Source: an uncultured Acidobacteriota bacterium (lineage in GTDB: Bacteria; Acidobacteriota; UBA6911). Taken from it: a stretch of 28,338 nt of DNA. How positions within the stretch are numbered: position 1 is the first letter of the stretch; each line of letters starts with the position of its first letter. Below are positions 1-10,758 of the stretch, in pieces. The translations under genes were made by a program, and so were the position numbers. Where the stretch lies: positions 1 to 28,338 of the forward strand of contig CAWHCF010000005.1 in assembly GCA_963827655.1 (NCBI GenBank), in the 5' to 3' direction. The notes beneath the pieces are model-generated. The model had not been told where the DNA came from. It saw only the letters and a list, made by a program, of their open reading frames with translations, and ran no database searches.

Positions 1-1010
1 TTTGCTCGTAATCGTCCACTCGGTCCGCCGGACGCTTTGCTGGCTGGACCCGGCCGCTCTCGTCGGTAGCCCGACAGACCAGCTCATAGGCGCCCGGAAC
101 GGGAATCTTCCAGTCATATTCCCAGTGCACCCACGCGCAGGGCTGCGGAGGAGGCTGTCCCGGTGAGAACCTGGCGGCCTGCCAGGAGTATCCGCCGTCG
201 GTGCTTACCTCAACGGCCTTTACCGGTCTTTCCCCTGCCCACGCCGCGCCGCGTACCGTAAACCGCCGTCCCATCAGGATCGCCTCGTCAGCCGGTCTCG
301 AAAAGACGGACTTCACCTCTATCGCGCTGACCGGTCCGGCATCCTGGACCCCACCTACTATCGATCGGACTCGCCGGTATTCTTTTCCCCCCGCGTCTTC
401 TTCACGGATTACCTCGATCGTCTCAAGCCACTTGACCGAATCCATGCCGTACCATCCCGGAACCACGGCCCGGATGGGAAATCCGTGGGCGGCCGGCAGC
501 CTCTCGCCGTTCATGGTCAGGGCGAGGAGCGTGTCCGGGCGCATAGCTTTGGTAATGGGAATGGTGCGGGAGTAGCCGTCGGCTCCGCGCAGTCGGACGT
601 AACCGGCCTCGGGTTGTGGTTGAGCTTTCGCGAGGAGCCCGGCGAACGCCGATCCCGCCCCATTCGGCGTGGCCCACCAGGCCCCCGCCGGGCGGGTTTT
701 CCGCGCACTCCAAAGTCACTGCGACTGTTTTTCGCGGCTCCCGAAGAAGGTCGGCGTAGGGGATCTCAAAAGGAGAGCCCACGGCTCCACCCACTGACAG
801 CTTGTGCTTGTCCGAAGAAGTCGTTGGGGCGGGGAAATGGTCTCGAACGAAAAACAGGGCGTTCGGAGTCAGCCAGTCGTCCAGCAGGGAGAGATCAAAA
901 ATGCTGATCTCGGGCTTACGCTCCTGATTCCAGGCGCGGGGAGCAGCCAGGAATCCCGTGCAGACGAGAACACCGCGATCAAGAAAATGCCGGCGAGATT
1001 CTATCTTCAC
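1..1010 (-). CDS. Sulfite oxidase family molybdopterin-dependent oxidoreductase, Tat-like signal; runs off the left edge; one frameshift near 645
   Basis: GTG start at 1010 and SRRHFL twin-arginine motif. Family motifs TPNALFFVRDH and TLECAEN (Mo-ligand Cys). After the shift near 645 the frame reads GADGYSRTIP, MNGERLPAAHGFPIRAVVPGWYGMDSVKWL, VEVSTDGG and WVHWEYDW...YELVCRATD (dimerisation domain), open to base 1. Confidence 0.88.
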
Positions 1011-1044
1011 GGTGGGAACGGGACAGGCATTGCTGCCTGTCCCG

Positions 1045-4000
1045 TCACCAGGCGACCTTGAGCGCCATCTGCAGGATTCGCGGATCGCCGTCGGTACTGA
1101 TGATTTTCCCGAAGTTCGGGTTGGTCAGACCGGTAACCGGATTGGCCATGTGGGTGGCGTTGAAAACGTTGAACGCCTCAAACCGGTATTCAAAGAGTCC
1201 CTGATCGCCCAGGAACGGAAGCCCCCAGCCTTTCGACATCGACAGATCCACGTTGGCGAAACCCGGACCAAACAGAATGTTCCGCCCCAGCGTCCCGTAG
1301 GTGTTCGGGGCCGGATTCGCGAAGCGCGCCGTGTCGAAGTACGCTGCCAGCCTCTCGCCTTTGGGCCGGCCGGGATCGAGCACCGGATATCCGTCGCCGA
1401 CCAGGTCCGCGCGCGCCGAACCGGCCCCGGCCATCGGGTTGTTCGAAGCGCCGACGTTGAACGGCCGCCCGGACTGCAGCGTGATGATGCCGCTAAGCCG
1501 CCAGTTGCCCAAGATCGCGTTTGCAACGGGTTGTTCCAATTTGGGCAGGTCCCACACGAACGAATTGACGAACCGATGCGTCCGGGCCAGGTCCGAGTTG
1601 CCGCGCGAGAAGAAGAAATTGAACGGATTGTTGATGCCGCGGCTGCCGCCAAACCCGTTGCGCGAAACGTAGTCCAGGTTCTTCGACCACGTGTAGGTCG
1701 CGCTGACGGTGAATCCCTGGCTGTAGCGCTTGTCCACCGACACCTGTAGCGCGTGATAGGTCGAGTTCAGCCCGTGCATCCAGCGCGAGATCGTCTGGAA
1801 GTCCTTGACGGGCCGGCGTCCGTCGATGTCGCGCGGTTCTGGGTGAGGGTTAGCGACGGATTGTAAATGGGCGCGTTCTGGTCGTACTCGCTCTTCAAAT
1901 GCGTGCCTTTGGTGCCCGACGTAACCCACACGCCCCAGGAAGCCGCGGCCGAATTCCCGCTCCACCGTCAGACTCCAGTTCTGCGTGTAGGGAGTGATGA
2001 ACTTCTTGTCGAGCACGATCGTGAAGAGCGGCGTCGGGAACGGCACGTCGTGGTTGGCGGCGCTGGCCGGAAAGATGTCCAGAGCCTCGCGCCCGAGAAA
2101 CGGATTGTCGAACGAGCCGTCGGTGTACTCCACGCTGTAGCTGAACGGCGTGACGTTGTTCGCGTCGTTCTGCGCATTGAGCGACGGCGCGTCGTAGAAG
2201 ATCGCGTAGCCGCCGCGGATGCTGGTCTTGCCGTCCCCGAACGGATCCCAGGCGAAGCCGAAGCGGGGCGCCAGGTTGTTGTAGTCGGGATCGGTCACCA
2301 CGCTGCCGAACTCGCCGCCGATCCATAACCCGCGGGCTTGTCGTCGCCATGGTAGAACAGGCCGGGCAGAGCATTCTTGTAGATCTTGCGAGCGGAGGCC
2401 GGCGTTGTTCGCGGCCAGGTCGAAGGTCTGGTTGCGGTCGAGCAGATCCTCGAAGAGCTGGTAAGGCTCGTACCGGATGCCGAAGTTCAGCGTAAGACCG
2501 GGGCGCACTCGCCAGGTATCGCCGAAGTACCAGCCGGTCTGCGTGCCGCGCCGCTGCTCGATCTCGCCGCTGTTCTGCGTGAAGAACGAAAAGCCGCCGA
2601 GCATGAAATCGGCGCGGTCGAAGCCGCTCTGGTCGCCGAACCCGGTGACATGGCCGTCGAACTCGAACAGACCGGAGCTGTGAAACAGCGTGTTGTTGTT
2701 GAAGCGCTTGCGAACGACGCTCAAGCCCCACACCAGGCTGTGGCTCCCCTTGGACATGGTCCAGTCGTGCACCAGTTCGATGCTGCCGCGGCCGAAGCGG
2801 ATCTGGTGCAGGGGCCGGTTGAAGCATACACCGCTGCCAGCCATGTTGATGTCGATGTGGTTCCCATTCGGCGTTAGATTGACGCCCAGGTCGGCCGTGG
2901 TCAGCGGAAAGTCGGTGCGATGTTGGCGAGCTGGTGGGCGCCGGTGAACTGCGTGTGGACCACCGTGGTCGGGTTCATGACAAACGTGTGGCCGAGGGTG
3001 CCGCTGAGCGCTTCCTGAAGCCCCCATACCGCGCCGCGTGGATATTGTCCGGCGGCGAGTGGAAGGGTGTTTCTCCGTCGCTGTCGAAGACCCGGAAAAC
3101 GAAAGTGTTCTTGTCATTGAGGACATAGTCGATCTTGCCGATGCCTTGAATCCCATCTTCCGGTTGCGAAATGGTATAGCGGACAAAGCCCTCCGCGTCG
3201 GGAAGCGGCGAGAGCGAAAGCAGCTTGACCGCCGCCGGCGAAAAGCGGCTGGACGGGATCAGGTTGTTCGCGAAGCGCTGGCCGGGATTGAGGGGGTCGT
3301 ACAGCGGGCCGTTGAAGCCCGAGAAGTCCCCGCGCCGTTCGGCGGCCGTCAATGTCAGGTCGCGGTTATTGCCGGCCGCCTGGCGGATCATCAGCTTCTG
3401 GTAGCCGCCGAAAGCGAAGAGCTTGTTCTTGATGAACGGCCCGCCCAGCGTGAAGCCGAACTGGTTGCGCTTGAGCAGGTCCTGCTCGCGAGAGAAGAAG
3501 TTGGTGGCGTTCAGCTCAGTGTTGCGAACGAACCAGAACGCGTCGCCATGGAACTGGTTGGTGCCGGACTTGGTCACGACGTTCAGAGCGCCGCCGGAAA
3601 GGCCGCCCTGCTCGACGCCCATGTTGCTGGTCTGCGCGCTGAACTCCTGAACGGCGTTGGGGAACGGGAAGTCCATGTTGTCGTTGACCAGGTCGTCCAT
3701 GTTGGTCCCGCCGTCCAGCGTGTAGCGCAGGTTGTTGTTGCGCGATCCGTTGACGGTGATTTCCTTCTGGCCCTTCGGACGCCAGGCGCTGCCGCCCACG
3801 TCGCCGCTGTTGTTGGCCGCTCCGGAGGCCACCCCGGGCGCCAGAAGACCAGGTCGGCCGGATTGCGGCCGTTCAGCGGCAACTCGACGATGCGCTTGGA
3901 GTCGACGGTGTGGTTCAGGGTGGCCGAGCGGGTATCGACCTGTGTAGCGGCCGCCTCCACGGTAACGGTCTCCTGAACGTTGCCGACCTCGAGCTTGACG

Positions 4001-4308
4001 TCCACGCGAATGTTCTCGTTGGCCTGAAGCAGGATGTTGCGGCGCTCGTACTTGCGGAAGCCCGGCTGCTCGACCGTCAGGTTATAGGAGCCGACCGGCA
4101 GCAGCGTGAACACGTATCCGCCGCTGGTATCCGCGATCGCGGTGCGGGTCAGGCCTGTGGCGGTGTTGACGATCGTGACGCTTGCGCCCGGGACCACCGC
4201 CGCCTGGGCGTCGGTGACGGTTCCGAACAGCGAGGCCGTGTCGCGTACCTGACCGAAGATGACTGCCGGCAGGAAGAAAGCCCACAACAGGCAAGAGAAC
4301 ATGCGCAT
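1045..4308 (-). CDS. TonB-dependent receptor with N-terminal carboxypeptidase-regulatory-like domain, broken by about 6-7 frameshifts
   Basis: Assembled from ORFs 3583-4308, 2975-3832 and 1045-3186. Signal peptide, GTVTDAQAAVVPGASVT, LPLNGRN, VVTKSGTNQFHG, NNLAPRFGFAWD, RFEAFNVFN and C-terminal RILQMALKVAW. Apparent shifts near 3840, 3010, 2920, 2385, 2330, 1905 and 1840. Confidence 0.9.
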
Positions 4309-4394
4309 AGTACCAGCCCTCCCTTAATTTGGTACAGCGAAGCTAGTCCTGCGGAGCGCTGAAATCAAGAGAAAAGGACAGGCGAGCCAGAATC

Positions 4395-5288
4395 TTAGCG
4401 GCGGGAGTACAGCATGAACAGTCCGGCCATCGCGTCAATCGGAGCGCGTGTCGGATTATCGTAAACAGCCGTGACACGGTAGGTTTCTCCGGCGCGAATC
4501 GGATACCCCTCGCCGCTGGAGTAGACTTCCATCCCTACCATCCGGCCCTGGTTGTCCAGCCTGCGGCTTCCTTTCCAGACCTGTTCCCGGCGGGAAACGT
4601 TGAAAAGCTCAATCGAGACGCCGTGCGGATGGATGTGGGTGCCGAGAAAATGAATCTGGCCGTCGAATGGCAATTCAAAGGCGGTGCTTTTCTCGTGCCG
4701 GCCCGGCGGCACAAAGAATAGATGCGGCACCGCAACGCTGCGCAGCGTCGAATAAAGCGGAGTCAGCGGCTTTTTCACATCCTTGTCCCGGATCAGGAGA
4801 AGGACCGTTTTCATGGCTACTCTCGTCGGATGCTGGTCGCGATTGTTGAACATCGGCATCCAGTTCAGGCTTTCGTCCGGCGTCAACCGAATTCCGAAGC
4901 CGTCCGGCAGCCGCACCTCGGGTGTGAAGGAATCCGAGTAGATGCCCTTCAACTCCTGGTCTTGATGCTGCGTGACTCTTTGATCGCCAAAGAACGTGTG
5001 GCACAGATAGTTTTCGCGCGGCGGCTTGCCCTGCGAGTCGAGGATCTCGGTTCTGTAGCCGATGATCCAGACCGGCTCGGCGATGCGGAAGTTCCTCATC
5101 GCCTGCGGAAGATGATGGGCCAAAACGCCGGATTCAAGCTCGATCACCGGTGTGGAGAACTTGATCTCGCTTACCGCGCCGTACTCGCTGCTTACCGTGG
5201 AAGGCCGGAAGTCGGTCAGCAGATCCGCCCCGCCGGCGCCGAGGCTTGCCAGCCCAAGACAGATCAAATTCAGGATCACGCGCACCAT
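4395..5288 (-). CDS. Secreted hypothetical protein with possible copper type II monooxygenase (PHM/DBH-like) fold
   Basis: Intact 297-aa ORF with a signal peptide. Motifs LAHH, LCH, GTHIHPHG, YDNPT and a C-terminal Met (DAMAG) recall the CuM HxH...M site. Confidence 0.6.
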   Translation of the reverse strand: MVRVILNLICLGLASLGAGGADLLTDFRPSTVSSEYGAVSEIKFSTPVIELESGVLAHHLPQAMRNFRIAEPVWIIGYRTEILDSQGKPPRENYLCHTFFGDQRVTQHQDQELKGIYSDSFTPEVRLPDGFGIRLTPDESLNWMPMFNNRDQHPTRVAMKTVLLLIRDKDVKKPLTPLYSTLRSVAVPHLFFVPPGRHEKSTAFELPFDGQIHFLGTHIHPHGVSIELFNVSRREQVWKGSRRLDNQGRMVGMEVYSSGEGYPIRAGETYRVTAVYDNPTRAPIDAMAGLFMLYSRR

Positions 5289-5412
5289 GGTTTGTCTCAG
5301 GAATGGAATTCTAGCCCGATATGAGGAGCTTTGCGAGAATTCTGTTCGCGTATAAGGATAAGCTGGCGTTTCTTCAGTCTTCTGTCTTAGCGGTTGGTTT
5401 TTGTTTCACCTC

Positions 5413-6504
5413 TCAAATTGACAGGGCGGCCTGCAGCATGGCCTTGGTGTAGGCCACGTTATAGATCTCTGCCGCGAATCCGCCACCGCCCGGATACTGG
5501 TTCCGAATCTGGCCCCGCTCGCGGTCGACGTCGATGGCGCGCGGGTGCTCGGGGTAGATTGCCCGCGGGTACTTCTGCTTCACCAGCTCCCTCATCACCG
5601 CAAACATGTCGACCTGGCCCTCGTCGACGAACACCTCGGTGTAATCCACATACGGCTTCCGGACCACGACATTGCGAAAATGCACATGATTGATGCAATC
5701 TCTCTCGCCGAGATACCGGCACACCGCCACTGGATCCTCGCCCATTTCCCGCGTCACCCCACAGTCAAACGTCATGCCATTGTGGGGACTCTTGACCAGA
5801 TTCAGATATCGCTTCCACTGATCGACGCTGGCCATGATCTGCTCCGACCCGCGGCTGAGTGGCACCGGCGGATCGTTGGGATGGAGAGCGAGACGGACGC
5901 CGGCCTTCTCGGCCTCCGGCACAATGGCCTTCAGGAAGTGCTCCGCTCGCTTCAGCTGCTCAGCCCGGGTGTGGGTCCCGACGTTCTCGCGCGGGGGCAG
6001 GTTTTTCGACAGCTCATAGTCATAGGCTGTATAGCCGGCGCCGGCCCGGCCGATTTCCTCTTTGTAGCCCTCCATGAGGCGGTTGGCATAGAAGTTATAT
6101 TCGATGACCGGCAAGCCGGCTTTGCCGGCAGCGCGGATCGATTTGATCACATCCTCGATCTGTGCGTCACCACCCGGCTTCCCCCAGATAACGTCGTTGA
6201 AACCGGAGATCATCAGGTTGCAGATGGTAATGCCCCCGGCCTTGAATCGCTCCATCAGCGCCCGCAGGTCGGCTTCCGCCCAGGGAATCCTGGGCCCTCC
6301 CATCAGCACATAATCCACTCCGATCTGCTTCAACCGGCGCATTCCGGCCTCATCGGTATTCTGCCCGCTTCCCAGGCAGATCTTGGGCGTGTTGGGACCC
6401 TGGGCGGGCGGCCACGAGACCGATGCCGCCGCCAGGGCGGCGGGCGAAAGAACCGCGGCGCCCATTGCCTGCATCAGCTGTCTTCGCGAAAATCCAGACT
6501 CCAT
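5413..6504 (-). CDS. uxuA: Mannonate dehydratase (UxuA)-family protein with Tat signal peptide
   Basis: AAGKAGLPVIEYNFY, RLALHPNDPP, NGMTFDCG, INHVHFRNV, FVDEGQVDM and YPEHP. N-terminal SRRQLM. Upstream AGGAGG RBS. Confidence 0.8.
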   Translation of the reverse strand: MESGFSRRQLMQAMGAAVLSPAALAAASVSWPPAQGPNTPKICLGSGQNTDEAGMRRLKQIGVDYVLMGGPRIPWAEADLRALMERFKAGGITICNLMISGFNDVIWGKPGGDAQIEDVIKSIRAAGKAGLPVIEYNFYANRLMEGYKEEIGRAGAGYTAYDYELSKNLPPRENVGTHTRAEQLKRAEHFLKAIVPEAEKAGVRLALHPNDPPVPLSRGSEQIMASVDQWKRYLNLVKSPHNGMTFDCGVTREMGEDPVAVCRYLGERDCINHVHFRNVVVRKPYVDYTEVFVDEGQVDMFAVMRELVKQKYPRAIYPEHPRAIDVDRERGQIRNQYPGGGGFAAEIYNVAYTKAMLQAALSI

Positions 6505-6609
6505 GCTCGATCCTCCTGTTTTGCTTTAGCCCGAAACAAAGGGGCCGGAAGCTCCGACCCCCTTCTCGCCCTGGGTCAAGGCCCGGGAAGGCGGCCCGTG
6601 AACCAATGC

Positions 6610-9600
6610 TCAGAACTGAATCATCACGGTCAGGTTCATGAGCGGTTGGCCGCCAAGCGAAGCCGTAGTGGGATCGCTCGACACCTTGCCGAACTGCGCC
6701 GGGTTGCGGAAATCTACCGTCGTGTTCGGCGTGTTGAAATTATACGTCTTGAAGGCGTTCTGCATGTCCCAACGAATTTGTATGTTGTAGCGCTCCCCAA
6801 GATGAAAATTCTTCTGGACCGAAACCTGCGACCAGCGCAGCGGCAGCCCGGTGGCGATGTTTCGCCCCGCATTGCCAATGCGGAAGTCGCATCGGGTCCG
6901 ATCGAATCCGGGCGGAATCGTTGTCGAGGTTCCGCAGCCACCCGGGTAGGTGAAATTGGCCAGGCCGTTGTTACCGCCCCCGAACACGGAATTCGTGTTG
7001 CCCGTAGTGAACCGGTCTTCTCCGATCTCGTACCAGTCATCGCGGACGCCGGGCCGGTTCACGACATCCGGGCGCTGGCTGCCGGCGAAGCCGGGCCAGT
7101 AATTAAACGGGCTCCCGGCAAAACCGAAATTAACGGGATTGCCGCTCTCGAGCGTCTGGATCCAGGAAAGCTCGAGCCCGCCAATCACCCATTTCTGCCA
7201 GCCGGTCGTGGCCCACCGTTTGCCCGGGCCGAACGGCAATTCGTAGTTGAACAGGCCGATGAAGCGGTGCGTGCGATCGAAACCGGAACGCGCCTTTTCC
7301 AGGCTGCGGTTCTGGATCGGAGCCACGCCGTTGCCATCGTTATCGCCGTCCTGAGAGTCGATCGCTTTCGAGTAAGTGTAAAAGGTCGAGAAATACAGCC
7401 CCTTTGACAGGCGCTTCTCCAGTTTCACGGTTCCCGAGTGAAACGTGCTGTGGCCGAAGTTCGACCGGAAGCGAATATCACCGAAATGCGTGTAGGGCCG
7501 GTAATTCTGGGGGGCCGCGAACACAGCCGTCTGCTGCGCCGGGTTCCCCGCGAAGTAGTCGATCGGAAACGTGTTGTACTGCCAGCGCTCGACCAGCCCG
7601 ACTCCGGACGAGCCCTGGTAGCTCAGTTCGAGCAGGTAGTCGGGCTTGAACTCGTACTGCACGCTGCCGTTGAAGTTCAGGACGTAAGGATTGCGCATGT
7701 TCGGATCCAACCACTCGGCGCTGCGAGATCCGTAGTTCGTTCCGACGAAAGGCGACGTCCCGTCAGGCCGGACGGTGAACTGCACCGGATCGGGCCCGCG
7801 GCTGATCTGGTAGATCGGAGTCGGATCGCCCGGCGCCGCCTGCTGGTTGGCGGTGGCGACGTATTCCTCGAACTGGCCGCGGCTCTGCGGGAACCTGACA
7901 TCGATCGTGTACATCCCGATTCCGCCGCGGAACACCCATTTTTCGAAGGCGTGCCAGGAGAGGCCGAGGCGAGGGTTGAAGTTGTTACTGTCGCGCGCCG
8001 AGAGGCCTTCCGTGGGATGGATGAAGGCGCCCAGCTTGCCGGTGAGATCGTCGACCGCGGTCGGATCGAAATTGGTCATCTTGCCATACTTGCTACCGAA
8101 GGGACTCTCGTTCGAATAACGGAGTCCCAGGTTGGCGGTCAGCCGGCGCGTAATCCTCCAGTCATCCTGGATATAAAAGCTGTGGATGTCCGACCGGGGC
8201 AGCCAGCTCGTCAGCTCCGAATTGAAAGAACCCTGCCTCACGTAGCCGGTCAGGAAGCCGGCAAACGTGATGCCGGTGTTCGGCAGGTTCGCGCCGTTAG
8301 GTTGAAGACCCGCGGTAACGCCGTCGAAGGCGAAGCTGGCGAACCGGGCGAAGATTGCCGAGTTCAACCGGTAGCGCAGGATCTCATAGCCGAACTTGTA
8401 CGCGTGAGAGCCCCGAATCCAGGTGGTGTCGTTGCGGAATGACAAGGTCTCGTTCACGGCCCTCTCGGGATTCGCGCCGGTAATGTTGTAGATGCCGAAG
8501 GAGGGCATCAGCTCCGGACTCACGTTCGGAATCCCCAGCTTGCCGGCCCAGTCCTCGCCGTACGACGGAACCTGCCGGTCGGTGCCCTTGCGGCGGAAGT
8601 ATCCGACGCGCGAATCGTTGACGACCCTCGGCGTTGCCACCCAGGTATAGCCGAGAGAAGAGTTGAGCACCCTGCTCGGATTGTAGTTCCCCTGCACGGC
8701 GTCAAACTCCAGGCGATCCTCTCGAATCAGGATGGGGCGGCCATATCCGCTCCCGTCGTTTTGCGTATAGCTGCCGTACAGCTTGAACGTCGTCGAGAAT
8801 TGATGATCGATGCGCAGGTTGTAGTCGTTGAAGAAGACGCGCGCAAACTCATCGGCCAGGAGGTTATTGTTGGGACCCGTGCTGGTGAAGGTGCCGGCCT
8901 GATTGGGCAGGACCCAGGGATCGTATTCAAGCACCTTGCGCGCCACGGGATCGAAGCGGGTGAGAGGGATGGTGTTTCCGGGGAAAGGATCGCGCGCCCA
9001 GGTTCCGTCGGCATTTCGGCGAGTAGTAGCCGGATCATAGATCGGATTTGCCCCCGGAAACGTGAAGATGCCCTGGCGCATCTCGGGAGTCGGCGTCGAG
9101 GTGAATATCTGCGCCACCTTCTTCTCGTGAAGCCGCTGGTAGCCGAAGAAGAAGAAAGTTTTGTTGCGCCCGTCGTACAGACCGGGAATGTAGACCGGCC
9201 CGCCGACGTTCGCGTCGGGCATCATGAAGAACACAGGCACGCCGTCGGGGCGGCCCGGGGAAGGATCCGACGTGCGGGCACGGTCAAAGTACCTCCGGTG
9301 TTGCATATTCCGTGTGCGGCCATACCAGGAGGCCATGCCGTGGAGCTCATTGGTTCCGCTCTTCTTGACCGCGCTGATCACGCCCCCGGCCGAATGGCCA
9401 TACTCGGCCGATGGGACCGTGGTGATGACGTTGACCTCCGCGATCGAGTTCTGCAACGGCTTGATCGTAGCGGTTCCGCCCAGAGGGTCACTGCCGACGA
9501 CGCCATCTTCAAAGATGCCGATAGCGCCGCTGCGCTGCCCGGCAAGGTGATAAGCGCCAAGGTCGCCGCCATAGGCGAAACCACCGCTCGACATTCCCGG

Positions 9601-10062
9601 GACCAGGTTGAGGGTCGAGTTGATGTAGCGCTGGTACAGCGGCATTTCGTAGAGCACGCTGCCGCTTACCACGGTGCGGGTGGCCGACGTCTCTGTCTCC
9701 AGCAAGGCCGCTGCACCCTGCACTTCAATCGCTTCGGTAACCTGGCCGACCTGCAAGGAGGCGTCAAGGGCCAGAGTGTCGCCGGTGCGCAGCTCCACGC
9801 CATCGCGCACGATCTTCATGAACCCGGACATTTCGAATGTGACGGTATATTCCCCTGGCTGCAGCGACGGCACGCGATAGATGCCCTCGCTGTTGGTCTC
9901 GACAAGGTTCTTGAAGTTAGTGCTCTTCTGAACGATGCTGACGCTCACGCCGGGAATCACGGCGCCGGAAGCGTCCGTGACACGTCCCGTAATCGTGGAA
10001 GTACCAATCTGGGCAAACGCTGCCACCGAAGCAGCACACAGCGCTACCATGAGCTTTACCAT
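6610..10062 (-). CDS. TonB-dependent receptor with carboxypeptidase-regulatory-like domain (intact)
   Basis: ATG at 10062 preceded by GAAGGAG. Signal peptide, GRVTDASGAVIPG, AEYGHSAGGVI, KSGTNELHG, YIQDDWR, NNFNPRLG and a C-terminal Phe. Confidence 0.93.
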   Translation of the reverse strand: MVKLMVALCAASVAAFAQIGTSTITGRVTDASGAVIPGVSVSIVQKSTNFKNLVETNSEGIYRVPSLQPGEYTVTFEMSGFMKIVRDGVELRTGDTLALDASLQVGQVTEAIEVQGAAALLETETSATRTVVSGSVLYEMPLYQRYINSTLNLVPGMSSGGFAYGGDLGAYHLAGQRSGAIGIFEDGVVGSDPLGGTATIKPLQNSIAEVNVITTVPSAEYGHSAGGVISAVKKSGTNELHGMASWYGRTRNMQHRRYFDRARTSDPSPGRPDGVPVFFMMPDANVGGPVYIPGLYDGRNKTFFFFGYQRLHEKKVAQIFTSTPTPEMRQGIFTFPGANPIYDPATTRRNADGTWARDPFPGNTIPLTRFDPVARKVLEYDPWVLPNQAGTFTSTGPNNNLLADEFARVFFNDYNLRIDHQFSTTFKLYGSYTQNDGSGYGRPILIREDRLEFDAVQGNYNPSRVLNSSLGYTWVATPRVVNDSRVGYFRRKGTDRQVPSYGEDWAGKLGIPNVSPELMPSFGIYNITGANPERAVNETLSFRNDTTWIRGSHAYKFGYEILRYRLNSAIFARFASFAFDGVTAGLQPNGANLPNTGITFAGFLTGYVRQGSFNSELTSWLPRSDIHSFYIQDDWRITRRLTANLGLRYSNESPFGSKYGKMTNFDPTAVDDLTGKLGAFIHPTEGLSARDSNNFNPRLGLSWHAFEKWVFRGGIGMYTIDVRFPQSRGQFEEYVATANQQAAPGDPTPIYQISRGPDPVQFTVRPDGTSPFVGTNYGSRSAEWLDPNMRNPYVLNFNGSVQYEFKPDYLLELSYQGSSGVGLVERWQYNTFPIDYFAGNPAQQTAVFAAPQNYRPYTHFGDIRFRSNFGHSTFHSGTVKLEKRLSKGLYFSTFYTYSKAIDSQDGDNDGNGVAPIQNRSLEKARSGFDRTHRFIGLFNYELPFGPGKRWATTGWQKWVIGGLELSWIQTLESGNPVNFGFAGSPFNYWPGFAGSQRPDVVNRPGVRDDWYEIGEDRFTTGNTNSVFGGGNNGLANFTYPGGCGTSTTIPPGFDRTRCDFRIGNAGRNIATGLPLRWSQVSVQKNFHLGERYNIQIRWDMQNAFKTYNFNTPNTTVDFRNPAQFGKVSSDPTTASLGGQPLMNLTVMIQF

Positions 10063-10170
10063 TGAGGGACCTCCTTCGGATTGGGCCGGGGATATCACAT
10101 AGCGAACGCAAAAATCAACTTAATTGTTCGTTCTTGCGATTCAACGTGAACGGCATGCTTCTCGCAAGCA

Positions 10171-10468
10171 CTGAACCTTACACGCATCTTGTATTTGGCC
10201 CAGGACGAATGGTTACGCTACCTCGCGCCCTGAAAGGGCGAAAGAGATTAGCCGGGGGCAGCGCTTCGCTGGCCCCCGGTTTACATCAGCAAAGAGACGC
10301 GCCCCGGAGGGGCGCTGGAATCTCCCCCCTAATGCTCCTGCGCCCTTTCAGGGCGCGTGGACTATAATCCCGCAAACCCCGGGCTGCGCTTCGCTTGCCC
10401 AGGGCTAATTTCCGTCGCCCCTCCGGGGCGAAATCGCCAGGGCCCATGGAGATGCGTGTAAGGTTCAG
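10171..10468. mobile_element. 298-bp non-autonomous MITE with 19-bp perfect terminal inverted repeats and 4-bp target duplication
   Basis: CTGAACCTTACACGCATCT (10171-10189) and its exact reverse complement (10450-10468). AGCA flanks both ends (10167-10170, 10469-10472). No transposase inside. Confidence 0.8.
10224..10430. repeat. REP-like palindrome cluster (inverted doublet) inside the MITE
   Basis: CGCGCCCTGAAAGGGCG (10224-10240) pairs with CGCCCTTTCAGGGCGCG (10341-10357). CGCCCCGGAGGGGCG (10300-10314) pairs with CGCCCCTCCGGGGCG (10416-10430). GCGCTTCGCT occurs in both halves. Confidence 0.75.
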
Positions 10469-10532
10469 AGCAAGCTTGCGCCTTGACCTGCGCCATCGAC
10501 GGCTGCTGTGGTGACATCGGGATCCTGAGGTG

Positions 10533-10561
10533 ATGAAACGATTCGCGCAGGCCGTTCACTA
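10533..10561 (+). promoter_or_regulatory. Putative ECF sigma-dependent promoter of the matrixin/DUF4157 cassette
   Basis: ATGAAACGATTCGCGCAGGCCGTTCACTA matches 22/29 bases, ungapped, of the motif upstream of ECF sigma #2 (27344-27316). Confidence 0.55.
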
Positions 10562-10758
10562 CATAGCAGGTCAGTTTCGTCTTCGGCCAATCGACGGCCA
10601 CGCTAACGGTCGTCGACAGTCAACTGCCTCTGTCGGTTTAACAGGACTTGATGCAAGCACTCTGTCGCCGCAAGGTTTGGTTCATCGCGAAAAGCATCAA
10701 GATGAATGTTTCCCATCGGGAATCTCGAGTTTCAATTCAACCTTCAAGGAGCAAATAG

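Noticed and set aside
6538-6565. Intrinsic terminator between the TonB receptor and the uxuA-like gene
   Set aside because: Imperfect stem and only a short interrupted U-tract; too weak to call.
5545-7407. 620-aa plus-strand ORF (also 7438-8442, 8761-10065 and 3038-3976)
   Set aside because: Antisense shadows of well-supported GC-rich minus-strand genes, with no recognisable motifs.
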